This document shows positions 20,791 through 29,574 of a stretch of 32,000 nucleotides of DNA, piece by piece. The DNA comes from Trichodesmium erythraeum IMS101 (GTDB taxonomy: Bacteria > Cyanobacteriota > Cyanobacteriia > Cyanobacteriales > Microcoleaceae): positions 6,960,001-6,992,000 of the forward strand of contig NC_008312.1 of NCBI RefSeq assembly GCF_000014265.1, read 5' to 3'. The position numbers and the translations under genes were made by a program. The notes below the pieces were generated by a model, which saw nothing but the letters and a program-made list of their open reading frames with translations, did no database searches and was not told the DNA's origin. Within the stretch, counting starts at the first letter, position 1. Each line of letters opens with the position of its first letter.

Positions 20791-21576
20791 TTATTTAATC
20801 CTTTTATTTCTATCAATATAAGGAGGTAAAAACTTAGTTGGTTTCTGGTCATGAATTGTGTATTCCCAAGGAACATTAATATTTTGAGTCGTAGTCTTAT
20901 TATTGTAAGAAGTTCGGCGTTGAGGTTGGGCAAATAAAATAATCATCCCAATTAAAATAATCCCACCACCTAAAAGTAAAACAGCTAAGATTATTCCCGC
21001 AATAAACCATAGTAAACCTTTTTCTAAATAACTTGGAGAACTATTTGAAGATCTTCTATTATAACTATCTATACCTTGCTGTAGACTTAAGCCAGAAATT
21101 AAACGTTCTTGCTGTTGGACTTGAACCAATAGTCGGTCATTTTCGAGCCTGAGTTGATCTTGTTGCAGTCTGAGTTGTTGTATTTCTCCCCACTGTTGTT
21201 CTAATTGAGTTTTTAACTGTCGTGTATCAAGTAATTGTTGTTGTATTTGAGTTTTCAGTTGATCGTAAGCTGAACGTTGTTGTTCAGATTGATTTCTAAT
21301 TTCTTGTTCCAATCTATAATCCTTAAAATTAGGAGTAGAAGGAATTGAAATAGGTGGTGGTGGTAGTGGTAATGGTTGAGGTAAAGTACTTACTAGAGGA
21401 GAAGGAGAAACTTTTGGAGGAGAAGAAAATGTTACTGACGGTAAAGGGGATGGTATTTGCAAGTTCATCTGCTCATCAGGGGATGACTTGCCAAACACCA
21501 TCCAACCCATAAGCAAAAGGACAATTAAAACCCCTGTGAGAACACATCCTATTATAAACGCTACAGTCTGATTCAT
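20791..21576 (-). CDS. Hypothetical membrane protein: N-terminal TM, Pro/Ser-rich segment, Gln-rich coiled coil, C-terminal TM
   Basis: The 261-aa ORF has a first TM (VAFIIGCVLTGVLIVLLLMGWMVF), a PSPLPSVTFSSPPKVSPSPLVSTLPQPLPLPPPPISIP segment, QLKTQIQQQLLDTRQLKTQLEQQWGEIQQLRLQQDQLRLENDRLLVQVQQQERL, and a second TM (LLWFIAGIILAVLLLGGGIILIGMIILFA). I recognised no family. Confidence 0.55.
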   Translation of the reverse strand: MNQTVAFIIGCVLTGVLIVLLLMGWMVFGKSSPDEQMNLQIPSPLPSVTFSSPPKVSPSPLVSTLPQPLPLPPPPISIPSTPNFKDYRLEQEIRNQSEQQRSAYDQLKTQIQQQLLDTRQLKTQLEQQWGEIQQLRLQQDQLRLENDRLLVQVQQQERLISGLSLQQGIDSYNRRSSNSSPSYLEKGLLWFIAGIILAVLLLGGGIILIGMIILFAQPQRRTSYNNKTTTQNINVPWEYTIHDQKPTKFLPPYIDRNKRIK

Positions 21577-21706
21577 TATTTAATTTCACTGTATGATCAA
21601 ATCAGCACTATTTACTATTTAACAAAAGACAGTATATGATATCATCTTTATCCAGAAACAAGAAAGCTACAAATTAAAGGGTCAATCATACTAGGAAATA
21701 TCAGAG

Positions 21707-21913
21707 CTATAGTAATCTTCGGTTTTCATCCTCCCAACTACATCTATATCTTGATTTATAGAACCTTTTACCCCATTTATGGACATATATATGGGCAGAT
21801 AAACTCCTATAGCTTGTATCAAGTATGAGGTAGTCCAGAAAAAGTAATCCTTGAGCTCCACCCACTATTTTGGCTTGACACATTGGGCAGATTTCTTGTT
21901 GACTTTCTAACAT
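21707..21913 (-). CDS. Hypothetical 68-aa ORF with a CPMC motif; possibly a gene fragment
   Basis: Supported only by the ORF track, with no recognisable domain beyond one CxxC. Confidence 0.2.
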   Translation of the reverse strand: MLESQQEICPMCQAKIVGGAQGLLFLDYLILDTSYRSLSAHIYVHKWGKRFYKSRYRCSWEDENRRLL

Positions 21914-22397
21914 AGTTATTATAATTTCAGCTCCTATTGACTTAATTTAGAATTAGTAAAGTAAACACTCAACAGTTAGCTATTAATTTCATTACCTTGA
22001 GTTGAAAATTAAAGCTGGTCGTTCTTGTTGAAAATTCTAAAATAAAAATTTAGCATTAGTTAAGCAAATGGTTGCTTCATTCGTGGTTAAGCTCAGAACT
22101 AACGATGAGTTAGTCCAATGCTTATTTAGTAAGTATATAACGGTTTCCCTGAAATTTTACAAATATTAAAAATAGGGAATAGGGAATAGCAGAAATATTT
22201 TTTATAATTAATGTTAACCTTTAAACAAAGATAAAACAGTTATTCAAATCATAATTTTTCCTTTTATTTATTAGTGAAGGCAAACATAAGTATTTAGTCA
22301 TTAGCTATGAGCTATTAATTCATTATCATACTGAAGGGGGATTAGTCTCTAGGAATAATTAAAAGTTATTAATAAAAAGGTTATCAGCTAATCTTAT

Positions 22398-23411
22398 ATG
22401 AACTACATATATAAAATAAATCATTTCCTTAAACCATCTATTAATCAGGCTAATTTAGTTATCGATATATTTGCTGGGTGTGGTGGTTTATCTCTAGGTT
22501 TTGAAGCACAAGGTTTTACAACTCATGGTTTTGAAATGAATGCTGATTGTTGTGCAACTTATAATAAAAATTTAAAAGGTAATTGCACTCAAATTGCTCT
22601 GACTTCAGAAACAAAATTACCTCCTGGAAAGGTAATAATTGGTGGTCCTCCTTGTCAACCTTTTAGTGTTGGTGGAAAGCAAAAAGGTTTACAAGATTCC
22701 CGAGATGGTTTTCCTATTTTTATTAATGCCGTGGCAAAATTAAAGCCCGAAATTTGGTTATTTGAAAATGTACGAGGGTTGCTTTATCGGAATAAATGGT
22801 ATTTGGATGAAATTACTCAAGCACTTCAATCTTTGGGTTATATTATTGAGGTTAAATTGTTAAATACTGTTGATTTTGGTGTACCTCAAAATCGTCAAAG
22901 AGTCATAGTTATTGGGCATAAAGGTGAGTTTACATTTCCTCAAGTTTTAGATAAAAAAGTAACTGTTGGAGAAGCATTAGAAGAAATGGCATTTCACGCC
23001 CCTCCAGAGTCAAAATTTCTAACTCCAAGTATGGATAAATATATAGAAAAATATGAAAAAGCTTCTAGTTGTAAACAACCTCGTGACTTATATTTAGATA
23101 AACCTGCTAGAACTTTAACTTGTCGAAATATTTCAGCTCCTACTGGCGATATGCACCGAATAAAATTGCCGGATGGGAGAAGAAGACGTTTATTCTTAAG
23201 AGAAGCTGCAAGATTACAAAGTTTTCCTGACTGGTTTGAATTTGTAGGAAAAGAAGCTAGTTGTTTTAAGCAGATTGGAAATGCAGTTCCTCCTTTATTT
23301 GCTTTTCATTTGGCGGGCAGTATTAGGAGTTATTTAGAGTCTGGGAAAAAATTATCACCAGAGGAAATTTCACAAAAAATTATTCCTGTACAATTATCTT
23401 TACCTTTTTAA
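22398..23411 (+). CDS. DNA (cytosine-5)-methyltransferase, type II R-M modification subunit
   Basis: All canonical m5C-MTase motifs occur in order: I DIFAGCGGLSLGF; IV GGPPCQPFSVGGK; VI LFENVRGL; VIII VPQNRQRVIVIG; a TRD with ARTLTC; IX RRLFLREAARLQSFPDWF; X QIGNAVPPLFA. Confidence 0.95.
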   Translation: MNYIYKINHFLKPSINQANLVIDIFAGCGGLSLGFEAQGFTTHGFEMNADCCATYNKNLKGNCTQIALTSETKLPPGKVIIGGPPCQPFSVGGKQKGLQDSRDGFPIFINAVAKLKPEIWLFENVRGLLYRNKWYLDEITQALQSLGYIIEVKLLNTVDFGVPQNRQRVIVIGHKGEFTFPQVLDKKVTVGEALEEMAFHAPPESKFLTPSMDKYIEKYEKASSCKQPRDLYLDKPARTLTCRNISAPTGDMHRIKLPDGRRRRLFLREAARLQSFPDWFEFVGKEASCFKQIGNAVPPLFAFHLAGSIRSYLESGKKLSPEEISQKIIPVQLSLPF

Positions 23412-23420
23412 TAATTTAAA

Positions 23421-24437
23421 ATGTCTGAAATTCCCCAGTATTTTATTAGGTCAGATAAATCTCAACAACTCCAAAAGTTAATCAATGAAGCTTTGTACAT
23501 TATTTCTAAATTTGGTATACCTATTGAGGGAATGACTCAAAGACAATTGGAAAGAATGGCCATGGCTTTTTTGGCTGTGGCTAACGTTAAGAAAATTAAT
23601 GAATGGGGAAAAATTAATAATTTTCATGCTTTAAGAACTAGAGAAATTATTAGGTACTGGAATAATTATTTTGATGAACAAATATCTGAAAGTTCTTATG
23701 ACGATATTCGCCGAAAAGATTTAAAATTAATCGTTCTTGCCGGAATTATTATTCCTAGTTCTGCTAATCCAAATTCTGCTAGAAATGATGGTACAAGGTC
23801 TTTTGCTTTAAATCCTAATTTTGCAAATCTAATTAAAAATTTTGGTTCAGATAATTGGGAAGAAGAAGCAAAGGTTTTTTTGTCTAATCAAGTAACTCTA
23901 AAACAACAGCTTTCTAGTCAACGAAAAATAAGTTTAATTCCTGTAAAATTTCCTTCTGGTAAAATATTTAATTTTAGCCCTGGGAAACATAATGAATTAC
24001 AGAAAGCAATTATTGAAAAATTTTTACCTAGATATGGTTATGGTGCAGAAATTTTATATGTCGGGGATACAGCTAAAAAGTTTTTACATTTAGAAAAAAC
24101 TAGACTTAGAGAACTAAATTTTTTTGAATTATCTGATGGTGAATTACCGGACATAGTAGCTTATTCAGAAAATAAAAATTGGCTTTATTTGGTAGAAGCT
24201 GTTCATAGTTCAGGCGTAATTTCTAATGTACGTTTGTTAGAATTTAAAAAGTTGACAGAAAAATGTAAGGCGGACATAATTTTTGTCACTGCTTTTTTAG
24301 ACCATCATACTTTTCGCAAGTTTGCTGTTGATATTGCTTGGGAAACGGAAGTTTGGATAGCTGATGTACCAGACCATATAATTCATTTTAATGGTGAAAA
24401 ATTTTTAGGTCCTTATCCTCAAATAACTAATACTTGA
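23421..24437 (+). CDS. Type II restriction endonuclease, probably BsuBI/PstI family
   Basis: It starts 9 nt after the MTase stop on the same strand. The C-terminal block ELPDIVAYSENKNWLYLVEAVHSSGVIS...IIFVTAFLDHHTFRKFAVDIAWETEVWIADVPDHIIHFNGEKFLGPY matches my recollection of the conserved BsuBI/PstI C-terminal domain (PD...EAV..G; AWETEVW; HxIHFNG.(K/R)FLGP). The family assignment is from memory and has not been searched. Confidence 0.7.
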   Translation: MSEIPQYFIRSDKSQQLQKLINEALYIISKFGIPIEGMTQRQLERMAMAFLAVANVKKINEWGKINNFHALRTREIIRYWNNYFDEQISESSYDDIRRKDLKLIVLAGIIIPSSANPNSARNDGTRSFALNPNFANLIKNFGSDNWEEEAKVFLSNQVTLKQQLSSQRKISLIPVKFPSGKIFNFSPGKHNELQKAIIEKFLPRYGYGAEILYVGDTAKKFLHLEKTRLRELNFFELSDGELPDIVAYSENKNWLYLVEAVHSSGVISNVRLLEFKKLTEKCKADIIFVTAFLDHHTFRKFAVDIAWETEVWIADVPDHIIHFNGEKFLGPYPQITNT

Positions 24438-24446
24438 AAAAAAATA

Positions 24447-24644
24447 ATGACTGAAATTAACTGGCAATTATTTTGGATATTAATGATTTTGCATCTCTTT
24501 ATTGGTACTGCTGCTGCTTTTGTGGCAAAACGCAGAGGTAATAATTTTAATTCTTGGTTAGGTTTTGGTTTATTAGGAGGTACTATTGCTTTAATAGCTG
24601 CATTTTTGCTACCTGCTAAAAGTCTAGATTCAAAAGGAGATTAA
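24447..24644 (+). CDS. Small (65-aa) two-TM membrane protein, apparently co-transcribed with the R-M genes
   Basis: It starts 9 nt after the REase stop. There are two hydrophobic helices (WQLFWILMILHLFIGTAAAFVA and WLGFGLLGGTIALIAAFLL) separated by a basic loop, KRRGNNFNS. The A-K-(K/R)-(K/R)-G...W..G.L.G..A pattern recurs in many small bacterial membrane proteins. Confidence 0.5.
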   Translation: MTEINWQLFWILMILHLFIGTAAAFVAKRRGNNFNSWLGFGLLGGTIALIAAFLLPAKSLDSKGD

Positions 24645-25122
24645 TTAACTCAGAACTACAGAAATTTATCTAGTTGCTCAGATAACTATATATTTAGTTG
24701 AATAAAAAGTCATGTATTAGGGCGAGTATTTACCTACAGTTATTACTATATCAAAATTTTTCTACAGATGCAACTGAAAATCCTTTGACTTGCGATTTTT
24801 TTTGCTTAAGAAAATGAAAATGTTTGCGGTACATGGAAGTCAAATTTTCCATATTTTTGCTACCTGCTAAAAGTCTAGATTAAAAAGGAAATTAATTAGC
24901 TCAGAATTACAGCAATTTATCTAGTTGCTCAGATAACTATATATTTAATATTTAGTCAGAAAAATTAGTTGAATAAAAAGTCATATATAAGGTCGAGTAA
25001 CCCCCACAGTTATTACTATATCAAAATTTGTCTGTAGATGCAACCGAAAATCCTTTAACCCGTGATTTTTTTTTGCTTAAGAAAATGAAAATGTTTTTGG
25101 TGTATGGAAGTAAAATTACTTC
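24601..25122. repeat. Tandem duplication, ~250 bp + ~272 bp (about 90% identical; copy 2 carries a ~20-bp insert). Copy 1 includes the last ~44 nt of the 65-aa ORF
   Basis: tttttgctacctgctaaaagtctagatt occurs at 24604 and 24854. Both copies continue ...atttatctagttgctcagataactatatattt...gttattactatatcaaaattt...ttgcttaagaaaatgaaaatgttt... Confidence 0.9.
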
Positions 25123-25126
25123 TAGA

Positions 25127-26400
25127 TAGAACAAATATTCTCAAAAAGTATCTGGCAAATTTTCGGCTATTTATATAGATGGTAAAAATGGCAAAAAGTT
25201 GAGGGTAGGTAAGAGGCGATCGCTCCACTTCAGAAAATATTTACTATAACCAAAATTCTCAAAAAGTATCTGGCAAATTTTTGACTATAGAAAATATTAC
25301 TAGAACCAAAATTATCGAAAAGTATCTGGGAAATTTTCGACTATTTATATAGATGGTAAAAATGGCAAAAAGTTGAGGGTAGGTAAGAGGCGATCGCTCC
25401 ACTTCAGAAAATATTTACTATAACCAAAATTCTCAAAAAGTATCTGGCAAATTTTTGACTATAGAAAATATTACTAGAACCAAAATTATCGAAAAGTATC
25501 TGGGAAATTTTCGACTATTTATATAGATGGTAAAAATGGCAAAAAGTTGAGGGTAGGTAAGAGGCGATCGCTCCACTTCAGAAAATATTTACTATAACCA
25601 AAATTCTCAAAAAGTATCTGGCAAATTTTTGACTATAGAAAATATTACTAGAACCAAAATTATCGAAAAGTATCTGGGAAATTTTCGACTATTTATATAG
25701 ATGGTAAAAATGGCAAAAAGTTGAGGGTAGGTAAGAGGCGATCGCTCCACTTCAGAAAATATTTACTATAACCAAAATTCTCAAAAAGTATCTGGCAAAT
25801 TTTTGACTATAGAAAATATTACTAGAACCAAAATTATCGAAAAGTATCTGGGAAATTTTCGACTATTTATATAGATGGTAAAAATGGCAAAAAGTTGAGG
25901 GTAGGTAAGAGGCGATCGCTCCACTTCAGAAAATATTTACTATAACCAAAATTCTCAAAAAGTATCTGGCAAATTTTTGACTATAGAAAATATTACTAGA
26001 ACCAAAATTATCGAAAAGTATCTGGGAAATTTTCGACTATTTATATAGATGGTAAAAATGGCAAAAAGTTGAGGGTAAGTAAGAGGCGATCGCTCCACTT
26101 CAGAAAATATTACTAGAACCAAAATTATCGAAAAGTATCTGGGAAATTTTCGACTATTTATATAGATGGTAAAAATGGCAAAAAGTTGAGGGTAAGTAAG
26201 AGGCGATCGCTCCACTTCAGAAAATATTACTAGAACCAAAATTATCGAAAAGTATCTGGGAAATTTTCGACTATTTATATAGATGGTAAAAATGACAAAA
26301 AGTTGAGGGTAAGTAAGAGGCGATCGCTCCACTTCAGAAAATATTTACTATAACCAAAATTCTCAAAAAGTATCTGGCAAATTTTCGACTATGTATAAAA
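25127..26400. repeat. Nested tandem array: five identical 174-bp units (each 56 + 118 bp) plus flanking partial units, then three 117-bp units; eight phased HIP1 octamers
   Basis: GCGATCGC starts at 25216, 25390, 25564, 25738, 25912 and 26086 (spacing 174), then at 26203 and 26320 (spacing 117). The 174-bp units are identical wherever I compared them. The last three units carry gggtaAgtaag instead of gggtaGgtaag. Confidence 0.95.
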
Positions 26401-26411
26401 TAGAGACTTTA

Positions 26412-29400
26412 TTAAATATCAATTTTTTCAGCTTCAGGTGGATACTTTTCCAATACCTCCCGCAAATATTTTCCAGTATAAGACTCAAAATTATCTGCCA
26501 CCTCTTCAGGGGTTCCACAAACAATAATTTCTCCTCCTTTATCTCCTCCTTCCGGGCCTAGATCTAGTACCCAGTCGGCACAACGAATCACATCTAAATT
26601 ATGCTCAATTACTACAATTGAATTTCCTTTATCTACCAATCTTTGCAAAACATTTAATAACTGATGAACATCATAAAATGATAAACCAGTTGTTGGTTCA
26701 TCTATCAAATAAATAGTTTTTCCCGTTGCTCTCTTAGACAATTCAGAAGCTAATTTTACTCTTTGTGCTTCTCCTCCAGAAAGAGTCGGTGCAGGCTGAC
26801 CTAATTTGATATAACCTAATCCCACATCCACTAAAGTTTGTAATCTACTTGCTGCCCTGGGAATATTTTTAAATATTTCCAAACCTTCCTCTACAGTCAT
26901 ATCTAAAACATCAGCAATTGACTTATCTTTATATCTCACCTGCAAAGTTTCTCTACTATATCTTGCACCCTTACAAACCTCACATTGTACATAAACATCT
27001 GGCAAAAAATTCATTTCAATTACATTTACACCTTGTCCGCTACAAGCTTCACATCTGCCACCTTTAACATTAAAAGAAAATTGCCCTGGCTTATAACCTC
27101 TAGCTTTTGCTTCTATAGTTTCTGCAAATATTCCTCGAATTACATCAAATACTCCTGTATAAGTTGCAGGATTTGAACGGGGAGTTCTGCCGATAGGTGA
27201 TTGGTCAATTACTATTACTTTATCTATTGCTTTTAATCCTTTAATTTTTTCTAAATGTTTAGGAAAAGGAACATTACGACTGAGATAATGTTGCAAAGCT
27301 GGATAAATTAATTCGTTCATTAAGGTCGATTTTCCTGAACCAGAAACCCCAGTAATACAGACAAGTTTTCCCAAAGGAATCTCTATATCTATATTTTTGA
27401 GATTGTTTCGATGACAATTATTCAAAAGTAAAGATTTTCCATTTCCTCCTCTTCTTTCAGATGGAGTAGTAATATTTTTTTTGCCAGATAAATAAGCACC
27501 AGTTAATGACTCTTCCGTTTCTAATAATGTCTGAAAATTTCCCTGAGAAATTATCCGCCCGCCATGAACTCCCGCACCCGGACCAATATCAATAATATGG
27601 TCGGCTGCTTTAATAGTTTCCTCATCATGTTCCACAACTATTAATGTATTTTTTAAATCGCGAAGTTTGCTTAAAGTTTGCAACAGACGATTATTATCTC
27701 TTTGATGCAAACCAATACTTGGTTCGTCTAAAACATAGAGAACTCCTGTTAAGCCAGAACCAATTTGTGTTGCTAATCTAATTCTTTGAGCTTCTCCTCC
27801 AGAAAGTGTCATTGTTGCTCGGTCTAATGTTAAATAATCTAAGCCAACATCTAGAAGAAAATTTAGTCTGGCTCGAATTTCTTTCAATACTAATTCTGCT
27901 ATTTTTGCCTGGCGATCACTCAGTTGTAAGCTATTAATTTTTTCCAAACATTCTCGAATTGAAACTTCTGTAAAATCAGTAATTCTATATTGCCCTATTT
28001 CTACGGAAAGTGCTTCTGGTTTTAATCTTTTTCCTTGGCAGGTTTCACAGGTTTGATTAATTAAATATTGCTCTAATTTTTGTTTCATTAAATCTGAACC
28101 TGTTTCTTTATATTGCTTTTCTAAAGTAGGGATAACTCCAGGATAGTAACGATAATCTCCTTCTCCATTTTTCATTTCTATCCAAATAGGTTCGTCGCTA
28201 CCTTCAAGCACTAACTTCTGCTCTTTTTTACTTAATTTATTCCAGGGAGTTTCTATATCAAAATCATAAGCTTCAGCTAAACTATAAAGCAGAGAAAAAT
28301 AATAAGGATTTTCTTTGTTCGACCAGGGAGCGATCGCTGAATATAAAGGTGCATTAGGGTCTGGTACTATCAACTCCGGGGAAAATTGCTTTAGACTACC
28401 CAAGCCGTGACAAGTCGGACAAGCGCCATAAGGAGAATTGAAAGAAAACAGCCGGGGCGACAACTCCTCCATCACGGCTCCATGCTCCGGACAAGCAAAA
28501 TTTTCCGAAAAGACTATTTGAGTCTCAAACTTTTCCATTTCTACTTCTAGTTCCTGACTAGAATTAGCTGAATTATTCCCAGATCTAGAATTAGCTGAAG
28601 TTGCTATTTTTTCCGGATTTAGGTTATACTTATTTTTTGTAGGTACTGCCCCTGTGTATGCTGATGTATTATTTAATACTTTAATCAAAGCAATTCCAGT
28701 AGATTGACGTAGACAAGTATTTAAAGAATCTGCTAAACGTTCTTCTATACCTGGTTTTTTGATTAGCCTGTCAATAACAATTTCTATAGTATGTGTATGA
28801 TTTTTATCTAATTTGATGTTTTCAGCAATTTCTACAACCTCTCCATCAACTCTCAAACGAACAAATCCTTGAGCAGCTAAACTGGACAAAAGTTTCTTAT
28901 GAGTCCCTTTTTTGCCTCGAACCACTGGGGCTAAAATATAAAATTTAGTGCGGTCTGGCAAAGCCATGACTCGGTCGCACATTTCATCAATAGTTTGGGG
29001 GGCAATATTATGGTGGCAGATAGGGCAATGGGGTTCTCCGGCTCTACCAAATAGTAGTCTTAGATAGTCGTAAATTTCGGTGACGGTTCCAACTGTGGAG
29101 CGAGGGTTATGGGATGTGGATTTTTGGTCGATGGAAATGGCAGGGCTTAATCCTTCGATGAAGTCCACATCTGGTTTGTCGAGCTGTCCGAGAAATTGTC
29201 GGGCATAGGCACTGAGGGATTCGACGTAGCGACGTTGCCCTTCGGCAAAAATTGTGTCGAAGGCGAGGGATGATTTGCCGGAACCGGATACTCCTGTGAA
29301 GACTATGAGGCGATCGCGTGGTAGGTCTAGGTTGATGTTTTTGAGGTTATGTTGTCTGGCTCCTCGGATGCGGATGGTATTTTCATTGCTGGGGTAAGAA

Positions 29401-29426
29401 TGATGTCCGTTTTGGATATTGGTCAT
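26412..29426 (-). CDS. uvrA: Excinuclease ABC subunit A
   Basis: 1004 aa with two ABC ATPase modules ([14 protein letters not shown]; [12 protein letters not shown]; [12 protein letters not shown]; [10 protein letters not shown]; [12 protein letters not shown]; [12 protein letters not shown]), zinc modules (CPICHH; CPEHG...CPTCHG; CETCQG; CEACSGQG...CEVCKG) and the N-terminal [14 protein letters not shown]. Confidence 0.97.
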   Translation of the reverse strand: MTNIQNGHHSYPSNENTIRIRGARQHNLKNINLDLPRDRLIVFTGVSGSGKSSLAFDTIFAEGQRRYVESLSAYARQFLGQLDKPDVDFIEGLSPAISIDQKSTSHNPRSTVGTVTEIYDYLRLLFGRAGEPHCPICHHNIAPQTIDEMCDRVMALPDRTKFYILAPVVRGKKGTHKKLLSSLAAQGFVRLRVDGEVVEIAENIKLDKNHTHTIEIVIDRLIKKPGIEERLADSLNTCLRQSTGIALIKVLNNTSAYTGAVPTKNKYNLNPEKIATSANSRSGNNSANSSQELEVEMEKFETQIVFSENFACPEHGAVMEELSPRLFSFNSPYGACPTCHGLGSLKQFSPELIVPDPNAPLYSAIAPWSNKENPYYFSLLYSLAEAYDFDIETPWNKLSKKEQKLVLEGSDEPIWIEMKNGEGDYRYYPGVIPTLEKQYKETGSDLMKQKLEQYLINQTCETCQGKRLKPEALSVEIGQYRITDFTEVSIRECLEKINSLQLSDRQAKIAELVLKEIRARLNFLLDVGLDYLTLDRATMTLSGGEAQRIRLATQIGSGLTGVLYVLDEPSIGLHQRDNNRLLQTLSKLRDLKNTLIVVEHDEETIKAADHIIDIGPGAGVHGGRIISQGNFQTLLETEESLTGAYLSGKKNITTPSERRGGNGKSLLLNNCHRNNLKNIDIEIPLGKLVCITGVSGSGKSTLMNELIYPALQHYLSRNVPFPKHLEKIKGLKAIDKVIVIDQSPIGRTPRSNPATYTGVFDVIRGIFAETIEAKARGYKPGQFSFNVKGGRCEACSGQGVNVIEMNFLPDVYVQCEVCKGARYSRETLQVRYKDKSIADVLDMTVEEGLEIFKNIPRAASRLQTLVDVGLGYIKLGQPAPTLSGGEAQRVKLASELSKRATGKTIYLIDEPTTGLSFYDVHQLLNVLQRLVDKGNSIVVIEHNLDVIRCADWVLDLGPEGGDKGGEIIVCGTPEEVADNFESYTGKYLREVLEKYPPEAEKIDI

Positions 29427-29430
29427 TTTT

Positions 29431-29479
29431 GTTATTAGTTATTAGTTATTAGTTATTAATTATCAGTTATTAGTTATTC
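29431..29479. repeat. Heptanucleotide tandem repeat (gttatta x 7, two variant copies), STRR-like, starting 5 nt upstream of the uvrA start codon
   Basis: The repeat reads gttatta gttatta gttatta gttatta attatca gttatta gttattc. On the uvrA strand it reads (TAATAAC)n followed by aaaaATG. Confidence 0.9.
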
Positions 29480-29574
29480 AACCAAGTTGTCTGGTTCAGA
29501 GATAATCGAATATTTAGAAGTTTTTCCCCAGAAACAATAGCTTAAATATTTTCATTTTTTTAAGCACTAACAAA

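Noticed and set aside
21707-21913. Small ORF upstream of the MTase as an R-M controller (C) protein or Vsr
   Set aside because: It has no helix-turn-helix pattern, shows no resemblance to Vsr, and lies on the opposite strand about 480 nt away.
22398-24644. Treating the R-M operon plus small membrane protein as a novel defence system
   Set aside because: The two large genes are fully explained as a conventional type II R-M pair. The only evidence linking the third gene is 9-nt spacing. It is kept as a modest finding, not as a claimed new system.
25955-26332. 125-aa minus-strand ORF with a threefold repeated 39-aa peptide
   Set aside because: It is simply the three 117-bp units read in an open frame. 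The same frame is closed in the 174-bp units, and the peptide has no recognisable features.
25127-26400. Possible CRISPR array (regularly spaced, identical ~30-nt palindromic blocks)
   Set aside because: The sequence between the palindromes is itself repeated identically from unit to unit, so there are no unique spacers. There are no cas genes in the window. This is a tandem satellite, not CRISPR.
26985-27176. Plus-strand 63-aa ORF
   Set aside because: It is antisense to uvrA.
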